Source: a bacterium
GTDB taxonomy: Bacteria > SAR324 > NAC60-12
Length of the DNA: 50,654 nucleotides
Assembly: GCA_965205865.1 (NCBI GenBank)
Contig: CBDBHR010000016.1
Span: forward strand, 1 to 50,654
Direction of reading: 5' to 3'
Numbering within the stretch: position 1 is the stretch's first letter; each line of letters starts with the position of its first letter. The notes under the pieces are model-generated. The model was not told the origin of the DNA, made no database searches, and saw only the letters and a list, made by a program, of their open reading frames with translations. Positions 19,194 through 31,931 of the stretch are shown piece by piece. A program made the position numbers and the translations under genes.

Positions 19194-19240
19194 AGCGAGG
19201 CGGCGCTGAGCTTCCTGGGATTCGGTCTGCCCCTCAACGA
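19194..19240 (+). pseudogene. Tiny internal remnant of the dppC-type gene of cassette 2
   Basis: Encodes SEAALSFLGFGLPLND, matching AEASLSFLGFGLPVNV in 4736-5722. Confidence 0.75.
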
Positions 19241-19283
19241 TCGTAAGTGGGTAGAACACTAGCTTGGGACGTCATTAAAAGCT

Positions 19284-20261
19284 TCACGATTTCCCCTTTT
19301 CAGGAAGGATTGCTTTATTCACAACCAATTCGGGATCGATAGAACCGTCCAGACCTGCCAGCACGTTTTGTACGGTGACAACACCCATAGCAATCAGCGA
19401 ATTCTCTGTGAGTGCGGCTGAATGGGGACTGAGCACAATCCTTTCCTCAGTCGCGATCGATGCGCCTGTCGGCAAAGGTTCCTTTTCAAAAGTATCAAGA
19501 CCAGCGCCATAGAGACGTCCTGTTTGAACTCGTCTCAACAAAGCACTCTCATCTATCAGACCACCGCGAGCCAAATTCAAAACAATAGCGCCCTCCGGCA
19601 AAAGGTCCAATTGCCTGGCGCCAATGAGGTGCCGCGTTTCCGGGAGGAGTGGAACATGCAAGCTCAAAAAATTTGCCTGTGGGAGCCCCTCCTCCGGAGA
19701 CTCAACAAAGCTCACACCGGGAAATTGATTTCCATCGACGTATGGATCAAATGCAAGAATTCGTAAACCAAAGGCACGTGCTCTTGCGGCGACAAGCTGT
19801 CCAATCCGCCCAAATCCGACAATGAATAGCGTGAGTCCCAGTAATTCGATTCCTAAAACACGAGAACGTGCCGCAAAATCACCCCGGCGTACGGCCTGGT
19901 CCAACAGAATTCCAGATTTGGCGGCAGCAAGCATCAGAAACATCGTCTGCTCAGCCACGGAAACCGAATTGACTGCCCCAACAACGGTTACCAGGATTTT
20001 ACGCTTGGTACAGTAGTCTACGGGAATGTTGTCAAAACCGACCCCATGACGGGAAATCACCTTGAGCTTTGGGGCATTTTCAAGGACTTCGACGGACAAT
20101 GGAGCATCGCGAATCGTGATCCCATCCGCGTCACCAATATGTTTGAGAAGATTGGAGAGTGAGAAATCCGTTATGAATTCGTATGTGATGTCTTTACGAC
20201 TATCTAAAAGCCGAAATGCTTCCGGCCTTAATGGTTGAATGATCAGTATTTTCTTCGTCAT
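19284..20261 (-). CDS. D-isomer-specific 2-hydroxyacid dehydrogenase (SerA-like, no ACT domain)
   Basis: RHGVGFDNI, VGFGRIG, SLHVPL, NLARGGLIDE, GLDTFEKEP, SPHSA. Likely start MTKKILII at 20261. Confidence 0.92.
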   Translation of the reverse strand: MTKKILIIQPLRPEAFRLLDSRKDITYEFITDFSLSNLLKHIGDADGITIRDAPLSVEVLENAPKLKVISRHGVGFDNIPVDYCTKRKILVTVVGAVNSVSVAEQTMFLMLAAAKSGILLDQAVRRGDFAARSRVLGIELLGLTLFIVGFGRIGQLVAARARAFGLRILAFDPYVDGNQFPGVSFVESPEEGLPQANFLSLHVPLLPETRHLIGARQLDLLPEGAIVLNLARGGLIDESALLRRVQTGRLYGAGLDTFEKEPLPTGASIATEERIVLSPHSAALTENSLIAMGVVTVQNVLAGLDGSIDPELVVNKAILPEKGKS

Positions 20262-20356
20262 GGCACATCCGGCTAAAACCCTATTTAACCTGAGTTCGAG
20301 ATAAGAATTTAATAAATTCAATATGTTATGGAATCTTCATATCTTAGAGAAACCTA

Positions 20357-20381
20357 GTCATTCCTGCGAAAGCAGGAATCC
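20357..20381. repeat. REP-like palindrome
   Basis: gtcattcctgcgaaagcaggaatcc; a related cccgcgaaagcggg lies at 8009-8022. Confidence 0.6.
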
Positions 20382-20572
20382 ACGTCCTTGAAATGCCTAT
20401 AAACAGTCCGTTTCAGATGTCGGCGCATGAAAGCGAGAGGATTGAAACCAGCATAGCAACAGTGGCCGATATCGAGGCAAATCTCAAGAATATCTTCATC
20501 AATTTTTGTTGAGAGTGGATCAGTGGCTGCCGGAATGAAAGCGGAATTGTCGAGAGTAGTATATTCAATGGA

Positions 20573-21715
20573 TCATAAATCGTCCAATTCCAAATGAATG
20601 TCTGCCGTATGAACGTCATCGATTTTTTCCACGCGCAGACGTGCTTTTCTGGCGATATTTTGTACTTCAAAAACGCGCAGGCGTGGATCGACCACGATTT
20701 CAATTTGCACGCTCAGTCGTTCTTGCAGGAAATGGCAAAGGATATGCGAGATGCCTTTGATTTCGGGAATGTGCTGGAGATTTTGTCGGATATCGGTCTC
20801 TATTTCAGTTTGGGGGCGCATCAGCGCCGGATGGGACTCATCAATATCTTCTTCTGCATCAATATGCACCAGTACTTCATTCACCTGGGGGTTTTGTTCC
20901 AGAAGAACCATGCGCACCCGTTCTCCGATTTGGTGGGCCGCAGAAACACTCAGGCGGGCGTCGACTTGCACGTGAAGATCCACAAGCACGTAAGAGCCCA
21001 TGCGACGCGAGCGCAAATCGTGGTATTTTTCTACCCCTTCGATTTGATTCAATGCCTGTTTCAATGCTGGCAAAAGGCCCTCCTCTACCGCTTCATCGCT
21101 CAATTCCTTGACGCTGTTATAGCCGATCGTTAATCCGGTTTTGATGATCCATCCTGCCACCAGGATACCGGCAATGGGATCCAAAACGGGAAATCCCAAT
21201 TGCGCCCCTCCGATACCAATCAAAGCCACTACCGAAGAGATAGCATCCGAGCGATGATGCCAGGCATTGGCAATCAACATACGGGAATGGTTGCGTTTGC
21301 CAATATGTGAGGTGACTTGATAAAGCACTTCTTTGAGAAGAATGGAAACAATGGCCACTCCCAGGGCAAGATTGCCTGGAATTTCTCGATGCTCTACTTT
21401 CTCAAAAGCATGAATGGCAATGCCAATTCCGGTGGCAATCAGCATCAATGCCAGAAACAATGCGCCAATGGTCTCAAACTTTCCATGGCCGTAAGGATGG
21501 TTTTTATCTTTGGGAGTTTGTGCCATACGCAACGCCCAAAGGGCAACAATATCGGTGAGGACGTCTGAAAACGAATGACCCGCATCCGCGATCATGGCGG
21601 CTGAATTTGAAAAGATTCCCGCAACTGCTTTGAGCAGGGCAAGCGCAACATTGGTCAGCAAACCCACCCATGTCACATAGAGGGGTTGATTGGCAGTTAC
21701 GGGAATCATGAACAT
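20573..21715 (-). CDS. Cation diffusion facilitator (FieF-like) with duplicated C-terminal domain
   Basis: ADAGHSFSD, HPYGHGKFE, NAWHHRSD; two C-terminal domains ending EVLVHIDAE and TADIHLEL. Confidence 0.93.
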   Translation of the reverse strand: MFMIPVTANQPLYVTWVGLLTNVALALLKAVAGIFSNSAAMIADAGHSFSDVLTDIVALWALRMAQTPKDKNHPYGHGKFETIGALFLALMLIATGIGIAIHAFEKVEHREIPGNLALGVAIVSILLKEVLYQVTSHIGKRNHSRMLIANAWHHRSDAISSVVALIGIGGAQLGFPVLDPIAGILVAGWIIKTGLTIGYNSVKELSDEAVEEGLLPALKQALNQIEGVEKYHDLRSRRMGSYVLVDLHVQVDARLSVSAAHQIGERVRMVLLEQNPQVNEVLVHIDAEEDIDESHPALMRPQTEIETDIRQNLQHIPEIKGISHILCHFLQERLSVQIEIVVDPRLRVFEVQNIARKARLRVEKIDDVHTADIHLELDDL

Positions 21716-21722
21716 CCGCAGT

Positions 21723-22535
21723 TTAATTGGGAACGAGCGTAGTGGCTGGTCGAGGCACGGAAAGTTGGTGCTGTTCGATCAATTGAGTGGCAGTAAGCCG
21801 ATCTTCAATTGCAATCATGGGATCATACGGGGTTTCGATGGCAAACATCCGTTGCAGAACTCGAGAGGCTTCCTGTTTGCGTCCCAATTCCAACAAATGC
21901 CGGCTCAAATAGAGGAAATGGGTGGTGTAGTCGGGTTGGTATTGGGTTGCCAAATAAAAATATTCAATCCCTTTCAATTTATCACCTCCCAGCCACCAGG
22001 GAACTTTGAAATACCAAGTACCTAAAATAAGATGAGAATATGGATTGTGGGGATCCAATTGCAAGACGATTTCCATTTCTTCTTTGACGGGAAAAACATA
22101 ATACCACGCTCTCCACAAGCCAACAAGCAAAATATAGTGACCGTAGCTCATGCCTAAAACAAGATGGGCATCAATACTTTGGGGATCCAGATCCACCGCT
22201 TTTTCCGCATACTCAATACCTTTTTTCATCAATTCGGATTTAATGGCCGGGTCAGGTTCAGCGCGTGAAACCCCATACATGGCACGAGATAACCGCCAAT
22301 AGACTTCCTCCTGGTTCGCTTTCAATTTCAAAGCTTGGTGGTAGTATTTCAGAGCTATTTTGGAGTTGCCCGGGATTTCACGGGAATAATAAAACTGGTC
22401 TCCCAATTTGATAGAGAGTTGGTATTGTTCTTCTTGGTGAGCAGGAATCTCCGCAACTTGGCTCATGACCGGCCGAGGCCATGAAAGAGCCAGGCTGCCA
22501 AGAGTGCAGAGTAGAAAAAAAAGGAATGGTCGCAT
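21723..22535 (-). CDS. Exported TPR-repeat protein
   Basis: Signal peptide; helical repeats (YWRLSRA, GIEYAEKAVDLDP, VLQLDPHNP, KVPWWLGGD). Confidence 0.8.
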   Translation of the reverse strand: MRPFLFFLLCTLGSLALSWPRPVMSQVAEIPAHQEEQYQLSIKLGDQFYYSREIPGNSKIALKYYHQALKLKANQEEVYWRLSRAMYGVSRAEPDPAIKSELMKKGIEYAEKAVDLDPQSIDAHLVLGMSYGHYILLVGLWRAWYYVFPVKEEMEIVLQLDPHNPYSHLILGTWYFKVPWWLGGDKLKGIEYFYLATQYQPDYTTHFLYLSRHLLELGRKQEASRVLQRMFAIETPYDPMIAIEDRLTATQLIEQHQLSVPRPATTLVPN

Positions 22536-22588
22536 TTTATGAAAAATCTATTTTTCCGTATCGTTATTGAAGCAGGCCGCAAAAAGGG

Positions 22589-25500
22589 TCAGTTCGCAAG
22601 CTTGAGCAAAGGACTGATAAAACGAGCGGTGTGACTGGCTGCGCAATAAATAACCTCTTCAAGATTTCCGGCATAAACGATCTGTCCACCATTATCACCC
22701 CCTTCAGGTCCCAGGTCAATTATATAGTCAGCAGTTTTGATCACGTCGAGATTATGTTCGATGACGATTACCGTATTGCCTTCCCGGACAAGTCGATGCA
22801 GGATATGAAGCAGGCGCGCGATGTCATCGATGTGAAGTCCGGTGGTCGGCTCATCCAGAATATAGAGGGTCTCACCGGTAGAGCGTTTTACTAACTCTGC
22901 AGACAGTTTAACGCGTTGGGATTCTCCGCCAGAAAGCGTGTTGCCCGGTTGTCCCAATTTGATGTAGCCCAATCCCACATCTTGCAATGTTTTGCAGATT
23001 CGCAAAATTCTGGGTTGATGCTTAAAAAGTTCAACGGCCCGATTGACTTCCATATTCAACACGTCGGCAATGGAATGTCCTCGAAAAGTGACCCTCAGCG
23101 TTTCCCGGTTATAGCGCTTCCCTTTGCATTCGTCACAATCGATCCAGACATCCGAAAGAAAGTGCATTTCAATCTGATTTTGTCCTTGTCCTTCGCAGGC
23201 GGGACAGCGACCTTCAATCGCATTGAAGGAGAAACGTCGTTTTGTAAATCCACGGGTTTTGGCTTCCGGCAGGTGAGCGAACAAATCTCTGAGAGGATCC
23301 ATCAACTTTGTGTAAGTTGCCGGATTGGAGCGCGGCGATTTTCCAATTGGTTCCTGGTCGATGACCACCAAATTGTCAATATACTGCAACCCTGTGACTT
23401 TATCATGCTCACCCGGAGAGATCCGGCGCATGTTCCATTTTTTCTGGAGGGATTTTTGGAGAATCTCGATGACGAGGGATGATTTCCCGGAACCGGACAC
23501 TCCCGTCACCACGGTAAAGGCGCCCACTGGAAAGGAGACGTCAATGTTTTTTAAGTTGTTTTCCCGGGCGCCATGGACCGTTAAGAATTTTGCTCGACCC
23601 GTCACGTCTAAAACCGGAGGACGCCTGTTCAATGGCAGTGGGATTGATTTGCTGCCTTTGAGATATTGACCGGTCAAAGAGGTTTTGGAACGAGCAAGTT
23701 GTTGGGGAGAACCGTATTGGACCACTTCGCCTCCATATTGACCTGCTCCCGGCCCGATATCGATGATGTGATCTGCAGCGCGCATAGTCTCCAGATCGTG
23801 TTCCACAAGAATGACTGTGTTTCCCAGATCGCGCAGTCGGTGCAAGGTATCCAGAAGCCGACTCGTGTCTCGGGGATGCAAGCCAATCGTCGGTTCGTCC
23901 AGAACATACATCACTCCCATCAATCCGGAACCGATTTGGGAGGCTAATCGAATGCGTTGCGTCTCTCCTCCCGAAAGGGTGGAAGCAGCTTGATTCAGAG
24001 AGAGATAATCCAAACCAACGTTCACCAAAAAACTCAAGCGCGCGGTGATTTCCCGTAGAGCTTGTTCGGCCACGATTTGTTGATTCTCGCTCAGTTTCCA
24101 GCGTTCCGTTTCCGCAAGGGCCGCCCTGACGTTTGAATGGCAAAATTGAATGATATTTCGATTGTTTATTCTCACGGCACGATATTCCGGCTTGAGGCGC
24201 TCGCCTTCGCAGCCGGAGCAGACGGCCGGCGCCAACTGATTTCTCCAAGCATGGCAGGGAGACAGGGAGACCCCCAAACCGTCACAAGCAGGGCAGGCTC
24301 CCACATGGGAATTGAAAGAGAACATGCGCGGTGTCAGCGCTTCCTCCTGGTAATAATCGCAGGAAACGCATCCTGGATGCTCCGATAGAAACAAGGTGGC
24401 ATTGTTTTGATCGGGAAGCAGGAGTTTGAGCAGTCCATGCCCTTTTTGATAGGCCGTTTCTATCGCTTCAGCAAAACGTTTTTGATCCGATTTTTGGATT
24501 TTTACCCGGTCAATCACCAAATCTACGACGCTCTTGGAGGTTAAGGGAAGCTTGGGATGGACTTGTTCCCACTCATCGAGATGAATGACGGTGTTGTTGA
24601 CGTAAAGCCGAACAAATCCTTCAGTCCGTAAATTAGAAACGATGTGTTTCAAATGAGAGGGATTATCCAGCAAGAGAATTTTAGGAGATTTGGGTCGGAA
24701 AAGGGGAGCTAAAAGAATAAGGCGTTGTTGATCGAATTTTTCTACAAGGAACTGGGCGGCTCGTGTTGGAGTATAATCTTGCAGGGGCTGGTCACAGTGT
24801 GGACAGTAAGACTTGCCAATCCTGGCATACAAGAGGCGTAGATAATCATAAATTTCCGTTGTCGTGGCCACGGTGGAACGTGGATTGCGGCTCGCTGTTT
24901 TCTGGTTTATGGCAATAGCCGGAGCGAGACCATCGATGAAATCGACAGGGGCTTTCTCGACTCGTCCCAAAAAGCGCCTGGCATAGGTGGAAAGCGATTC
25001 CAAATAGCGGGCTTGTCCTTCCGCAAATATCGTATCAAAGGCCAAGCTGGTTTTTCCAGAGCCAGATACTCCAGTGATCACCGTCATCTTATTGACAGGA
25101 AGGGTGACGTTGAGATGTTTTAAATTATTTTTGGAAGCCCCCTTGATAACAATATTCCGTTCTCCCGCATCTGCCCGTTTATTCGCTTTGATTTTACTTT
25201 TGCAGTTATTCTGCAGATTCTTCGGATTCCATGCCATTTCTTCCTTGAGCACCGGTTGCAGAAATTTCCCTGTGAGCGACTGCCGGTTTTTTGCCACTGT
25301 TTCGGGAGTGCCATGGCAAACCTGCAGGCCTCCATATTTACCTCCTCCCGGCCCCAATTCAATCAGGTAATCGGCCACCTTGAGCACATCGAGATTGTGT
25401 TCAATGACGATGACGGTATTGCCCTGGTCGATCAAACGGTTGAGACAAGCCAGTAGAAAGCGTATATCTTGAAAATGAAGGCCGGTGGTGGGTTCGTCCA

Positions 25501-28069
25501 GGATATAAAGGGTATTTCCAGTGGATTTCTTGCGCAATTCCGCAGCCAGTTTCACCCGTTGCGCTTCTCCTCCGGAAAGAGTGGTTGAAGGTTGTCCCAA
25601 GTGAACATAACTCAATCCGACGTCTTTGAGCGTTTGCAGAACGCGCGCGAGGGGAGGAATGGCCGCAAAAAAGTCAAAAGCTTCGTGGACTGTCATTTCC
25701 AAGACGTCATAAATCGTTTTACCTTTGTAGTAAATTTGCAAGGTTTCGCTGTTGAAACGCTTCCCCTGGCAAGTGTCACAAGGAATCCGCACATCACTCA
25801 GAAACTGCATTTCAATGGTTTGGATGCCTGCGCCATGACAATCCTCACAGCGACCTCCTTTCACGTTGAAGGAAAAACGCCCGGGTTTGTACCCCCGTGA
25901 TTTCGATTCGGGAACGGAGGCAAAGAGTTTGCGGATTTCATCAAAAGCCTTGGTATAAGTAGCAGGATTACTGCGGGGCGTCCGTCCAATCGGAGACTGG
26001 TTGATTTCGATCACCCGATCAATCTGTTGCAATCCGGTGATTTTTTTATGACGTCCCGGAATTTCAGCACTGCCATGTAAGTGTTGGGATAGTGCTTTTT
26101 TCAGAATTCCATCTATCAAAGAAGATTTTCCGGAACCCGAGACTCCTGCAATGCTGACAAATACTCCCAAGGGGATTTTGACGGTAATATTCCGCAAATT
26201 ATTCAAAGCCGCTTCATGAATGGTCAGATAGGCTCCATTGAGAGAGCGTCGTTTGACAGGGACTGGTATTTTTTCGCGACGCGCCAGAAAATGTCCCGTG
26301 ATGGAATCAGCGGCTTGGATCAAGGAATTCAAATTTCCTTGGGCAGTAATGTATCCCCCTTTTTTTCCTGCAGTGGGACCGATATCAATCAGATGGTCGG
26401 CTGAAGTGATGGTTTCTTCATCATGTTCGACAACAAAAACCGTATTTCCCCGGTCTCGTAAAATTTTGAGGGTATGAATCAATTTTTGATTGTCGCTTTG
26501 ATGCAGACCTATGGAGGGCTCATCCAGAACATAGAGCACCCCTTGCAAAGCGGAGCCCACCTGAGACGCCAAACGGATGCGCTGCCCTTCGCCTCCGGAA
26601 AGCGTCGCGGCAGAGCGGTTGAGGCTGAGGTAGCCTACTCCCACATCATTCAAAAATTTGAGCCTACTTCTGATTTCTCGGAAAATATCCCGACCGATTT
26701 GTTGCTCTTTCGCATCGACCTGCAGTTGTTCGAAAAATTCCAGGTTTTCTTCAATCGACATCAAAGAAATAGTTTCGATGGTCTGTCCGTGAAATCGGAC
26801 TGCAAGTGCAGTAGGATTCAAACGATGGCCAGTGCATTGCGGGCAGAGGAGTTGGTCCTGATATTTTTCAAGAGCACTTTTCACAAATTTGTTGACATAT
26901 TCTAAAATAGGGATGACTCCCGGCCATTGTTTTTGATTTTTCAACCGTTTGCGCAACGCATATCCATGGCGGAATACATTGGAAATGGCGAGAGGTATCG
27001 GCCCATTCCCCTGGAGGATCAACTCGCGTTGCGTTGAGGAGAGTTGCTCCCAAGGAAGGGACGGGTCAATCCGGAATAGTTTGAAGAGAAGATTGAAATG
27101 GGATTGGTCAATACGGGTGAACATGATGTTTCCCTTTTCGGTCACGCATTTGAGGGCGCCGTCGTTCAACGCTTTCTCCGGATCACATAATTTTTCTTCT
27201 CTGAAAAAAGTAATGCTGCCGAGACCTTTGCAACGGGGACAAGCCCCTTGAGGGGCATTGAAAGAAAAAAGTCGGGGTTCCATTTCCGGAATGGCAATTT
27301 GGCAACGGGGACAGGCCATCAGTTGGCTGAATAAATGATCTTCATTTTTATAATGAACGATGACCAATCCCTCGCTAAGATGCAATGCCCGTTCGACTCC
27401 TTCGACAAACCGGCTTTTTTCTGCAGGAACCAAGGTCATCCGGTCGATCACCAAATTGATAGAATGCGTTTCGTAGCGGGCCAATTTGATCGCTTCATCC
27501 AGCCGCCGGATTTCCCCGTCGATCTGCGCACGGAGGAAACCCTCTCTGAACCATTCCTCCAACTCACGCCGGTATTCTCCTTTTCTTTCTTTGACCATGG
27601 GCGCCAAAATCAAACATGGCTCATTCAAAGCTTCCATATAGGCATGGTCTGTGATCTGATCGGCGGTTTGAGACGTGATCTCAATGCCACATTGGGGACA
27701 GTGTGGCTTACCGAGTCGAGCGAAAAGGAGTCGGAAATGGTCATAAATTTCAGTGATGGTCCCCACCGTGGAGCGTGGATTACGGTTGACTGTTTTTTGA
27801 TCAACCGAAATGGTGGGACTGAGCCCTTCAATATGTTCTACTTTTGGTTTTTCGCTTTGACCCAAAAATTGACGGGCATAGGAAGAAAGGGACTCGACGA
27901 AACGACGCTGTCCTTCTTTAAAGATGGTGTCAAATGCCAAGGATGATTTTCCGGAGCCGCTCACTCCCGTGAAAACGGTCAACGTGTCTCGTGGAATGGT
28001 CAAACTGATATTTTTGAGGTTGTGCTCATTGGCACCTACAATGACAATTTCTCCGGGGTTGTTTTTCAT
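22589..28069 (-). CDS. uvrA: Excinuclease ABC subunit A, double-length (two fused UvrA units, 1826 aa)
   Basis: Four GVSGSGK Walker A motifs, four LSGGE signatures, Zn fingers; two complete UvrA repeats in one ORF. Confidence 0.96.
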   Translation of the reverse strand: MKNNPGEIVIVGANEHNLKNISLTIPRDTLTVFTGVSGSGKSSLAFDTIFKEGQRRFVESLSSYARQFLGQSEKPKVEHIEGLSPTISVDQKTVNRNPRSTVGTITEIYDHFRLLFARLGKPHCPQCGIEITSQTADQITDHAYMEALNEPCLILAPMVKERKGEYRRELEEWFREGFLRAQIDGEIRRLDEAIKLARYETHSINLVIDRMTLVPAEKSRFVEGVERALHLSEGLVIVHYKNEDHLFSQLMACPRCQIAIPEMEPRLFSFNAPQGACPRCKGLGSITFFREEKLCDPEKALNDGALKCVTEKGNIMFTRIDQSHFNLLFKLFRIDPSLPWEQLSSTQRELILQGNGPIPLAISNVFRHGYALRKRLKNQKQWPGVIPILEYVNKFVKSALEKYQDQLLCPQCTGHRLNPTALAVRFHGQTIETISLMSIEENLEFFEQLQVDAKEQQIGRDIFREIRSRLKFLNDVGVGYLSLNRSAATLSGGEGQRIRLASQVGSALQGVLYVLDEPSIGLHQSDNQKLIHTLKILRDRGNTVFVVEHDEETITSADHLIDIGPTAGKKGGYITAQGNLNSLIQAADSITGHFLARREKIPVPVKRRSLNGAYLTIHEAALNNLRNITVKIPLGVFVSIAGVSGSGKSSLIDGILKKALSQHLHGSAEIPGRHKKITGLQQIDRVIEINQSPIGRTPRSNPATYTKAFDEIRKLFASVPESKSRGYKPGRFSFNVKGGRCEDCHGAGIQTIEMQFLSDVRIPCDTCQGKRFNSETLQIYYKGKTIYDVLEMTVHEAFDFFAAIPPLARVLQTLKDVGLSYVHLGQPSTTLSGGEAQRVKLAAELRKKSTGNTLYILDEPTTGLHFQDIRFLLACLNRLIDQGNTVIVIEHNLDVLKVADYLIELGPGGGKYGGLQVCHGTPETVAKNRQSLTGKFLQPVLKEEMAWNPKNLQNNCKSKIKANKRADAGERNIVIKGASKNNLKHLNVTLPVNKMTVITGVSGSGKTSLAFDTIFAEGQARYLESLSTYARRFLGRVEKAPVDFIDGLAPAIAINQKTASRNPRSTVATTTEIYDYLRLLYARIGKSYCPHCDQPLQDYTPTRAAQFLVEKFDQQRLILLAPLFRPKSPKILLLDNPSHLKHIVSNLRTEGFVRLYVNNTVIHLDEWEQVHPKLPLTSKSVVDLVIDRVKIQKSDQKRFAEAIETAYQKGHGLLKLLLPDQNNATLFLSEHPGCVSCDYYQEEALTPRMFSFNSHVGACPACDGLGVSLSPCHAWRNQLAPAVCSGCEGERLKPEYRAVRINNRNIIQFCHSNVRAALAETERWKLSENQQIVAEQALREITARLSFLVNVGLDYLSLNQAASTLSGGETQRIRLASQIGSGLMGVMYVLDEPTIGLHPRDTSRLLDTLHRLRDLGNTVILVEHDLETMRAADHIIDIGPGAGQYGGEVVQYGSPQQLARSKTSLTGQYLKGSKSIPLPLNRRPPVLDVTGRAKFLTVHGARENNLKNIDVSFPVGAFTVVTGVSGSGKSSLVIEILQKSLQKKWNMRRISPGEHDKVTGLQYIDNLVVIDQEPIGKSPRSNPATYTKLMDPLRDLFAHLPEAKTRGFTKRRFSFNAIEGRCPACEGQGQNQIEMHFLSDVWIDCDECKGKRYNRETLRVTFRGHSIADVLNMEVNRAVELFKHQPRILRICKTLQDVGLGYIKLGQPGNTLSGGESQRVKLSAELVKRSTGETLYILDEPTTGLHIDDIARLLHILHRLVREGNTVIVIEHNLDVIKTADYIIDLGPEGGDNGGQIVYAGNLEEVIYCAASHTARFISPLLKLAN

Positions 28070-28102
28070 GAGAACGGCAAAATCAGGAAAAAGTGAGCGG
28101 TT

Positions 28103-29230
28103 TCAGGAAGAGACGGAAGAATCTACCAGTACCAAATGATCCCGGTTAATGACGGCTTTTTTGCTAAGAGAACGTCCATGCTGGCTCGAGCTGAAGCGCT
28201 GTCTGCTGTTATCAGATTTTTGATATTGGAGAATTTGTTGTTTTAGTTCTTCGGAAGGAAGATTGATCCGTCCCACGCCTATTTTAACATCCGCCTCGTT
28301 ATAGATAGTGACCAGATCTTTAATTTGAAAATTTCCGGAGACTTCAGTGATTCCTGCTGCCAACAAACTCTTTTTATTTTGGAGCGCTTTTTCTGCCCCC
28401 GCATCGATCGTCAAGCGACCATTTCCCATCGCGCCCACGGCAAGCCATTTGCGGTAGCTTTTGACTTTTTCGCCTTGGGCGACAAAATGGGTCCCTATGC
28501 GCTCTCCCGCCAAGATCCGGGAAACCGCATTGTAGGATTTTCCTGAAAGAATGAAGGTATCAATTCCAAAAGACATCGCCATCCTGGCCGCCCTGACTTT
28601 GCTCAGCATGCCACCTTTTGCTCCTGGCGCAATGGTAGGATCGCAATAGTTCAAGATCTCGTCGTTGACTTCCGTCACCGATTCAATCAAGTTGGAGCCC
28701 TCTAGCAATCCCGAGGTGTTGGTTAGATAGAACAAAGCATCGGCACTGACCAGCGCAGAGACAAAGACTGCAAGCTGATCATTATCTCCAAATTGAGGAG
28801 CCAATTCTTCCGTGGCCACCACGTCGTTTTCATTGATGATGGGCAACACCCTGATTTTCAAGAGACCTTCCAGCGTGTTGCGGATATTCAAATAAGCAGA
28901 GCGATTGCCAAAATCAGAACGTGTTACCAATACCTGGCCAATCACGATTTGATGCTCCAGGAAAAAATCCGAATAGATCTGCATCAAACGCACCTGTCCC
29001 ACTGCCGCCATCATTTGCTCTCGCAATATCATGTCTTTTTCATCGGAAAAGGACTGCAACTCCTGACCCGCGCTTATCGCCCCGGACGTGATGAACAGGA
29101 TTTCATAGTTTTGCTCCAGAAGTGAAGAAATCTGCTCGGCAAGATCCCGGACTAAATTATAGTCCAATTTGCCTTTCCTGCTTTGCAAGACATTGGTTCC
29201 CACTTTGATAACAATCCGTTTTTTTTTCAT
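28103..29230 (-). CDS. proB: Glutamate 5-kinase with PUA domain
   Basis: IVIKVGT, AAVGQ, PIINENDVV, FGDNDQL, GGMLSKV, IDAGAEKAL. Confidence 0.95.
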   Translation of the reverse strand: MKKKRIVIKVGTNVLQSRKGKLDYNLVRDLAEQISSLLEQNYEILFITSGAISAGQELQSFSDEKDMILREQMMAAVGQVRLMQIYSDFFLEHQIVIGQVLVTRSDFGNRSAYLNIRNTLEGLLKIRVLPIINENDVVATEELAPQFGDNDQLAVFVSALVSADALFYLTNTSGLLEGSNLIESVTEVNDEILNYCDPTIAPGAKGGMLSKVRAARMAMSFGIDTFILSGKSYNAVSRILAGERIGTHFVAQGEKVKSYRKWLAVGAMGNGRLTIDAGAEKALQNKKSLLAAGITEVSGNFQIKDLVTIYNEADVKIGVGRINLPSEELKQQILQYQKSDNSRQRFSSSQHGRSLSKKAVINRDHLVLVDSSVSS

Positions 29231-29603
29231 AAGACTCGCTTTGTTATCCTCTCGAGCGGAACCGATGCCTGCAAACTGTGAAGAAATTGGATGAAATATC
29301 GATAATTTTCGTAGAGGGCCGATTTGGTGATTTTTTCATTACGTTGATGCGCTTCTTTCGTATCCCCGGGTCTCAGATTGATCGCTGGAATGTTGAAGAG
29401 CGCCAACCGTGCCACTTCTGCCCAAGCCTTTTGGCAATTTGTGGCAGATTGGTCGTCTCCAAAAATTTCTGCAACCAAGGATTATCAAGGTAGCAGGGTC
29501 CTGCAGGGGATTCATCTATAAATTCAACACGAGCCCGGTTTGCTACGAACGCCATTAGCTCCTCTTTAGCGGTTTCGATTTCTTTTCCCGGAGCAAAACG
29601 GTA
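29227..29603 (-). pseudogene. C-terminal remnant of a DapE-like M20 peptidase, frameshifted
   Basis: YRFAPG…DESPAGPCYLDNP…QIAK[frameshift]AWAEVARL…IPAINLRPGD…AHQRNE; the N-terminal catalytic half is absent. Confidence 0.7.
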
Positions 29604-29780
29604 TAGGATTTCTTTCAACAGTTTTTGCATTTTACTGAAAAATTCGTTTGTTTGGTATTTGCGGGACGATCAACTCATTCAAAAGGCGAGGCGCTATCAT
29701 TAAACATGATTCAAGCCAGAAAGAAATACTATCAGAAACTGAAATAATAAAACAGGATTTCAATTATTTACTCCTCCATA

Positions 29781-31844
<2,064 letters not shown>

Positions 31845-31931
31845 TTATTTTAAAATGAAAACCAATTATTAACGACAGTATGATGCCATTTCAAACAATT
31901 CAAAAAACAATGTCAATCCATAAGAATCCAA

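Noticed and set aside
22631-27946. Numerous plus-strand ORFs opposite uvrA, and similar ORFs opposite pyrG, the PBP and ABC genes
   Set aside because: Antisense shadow frames of real genes with no motifs or RBS.
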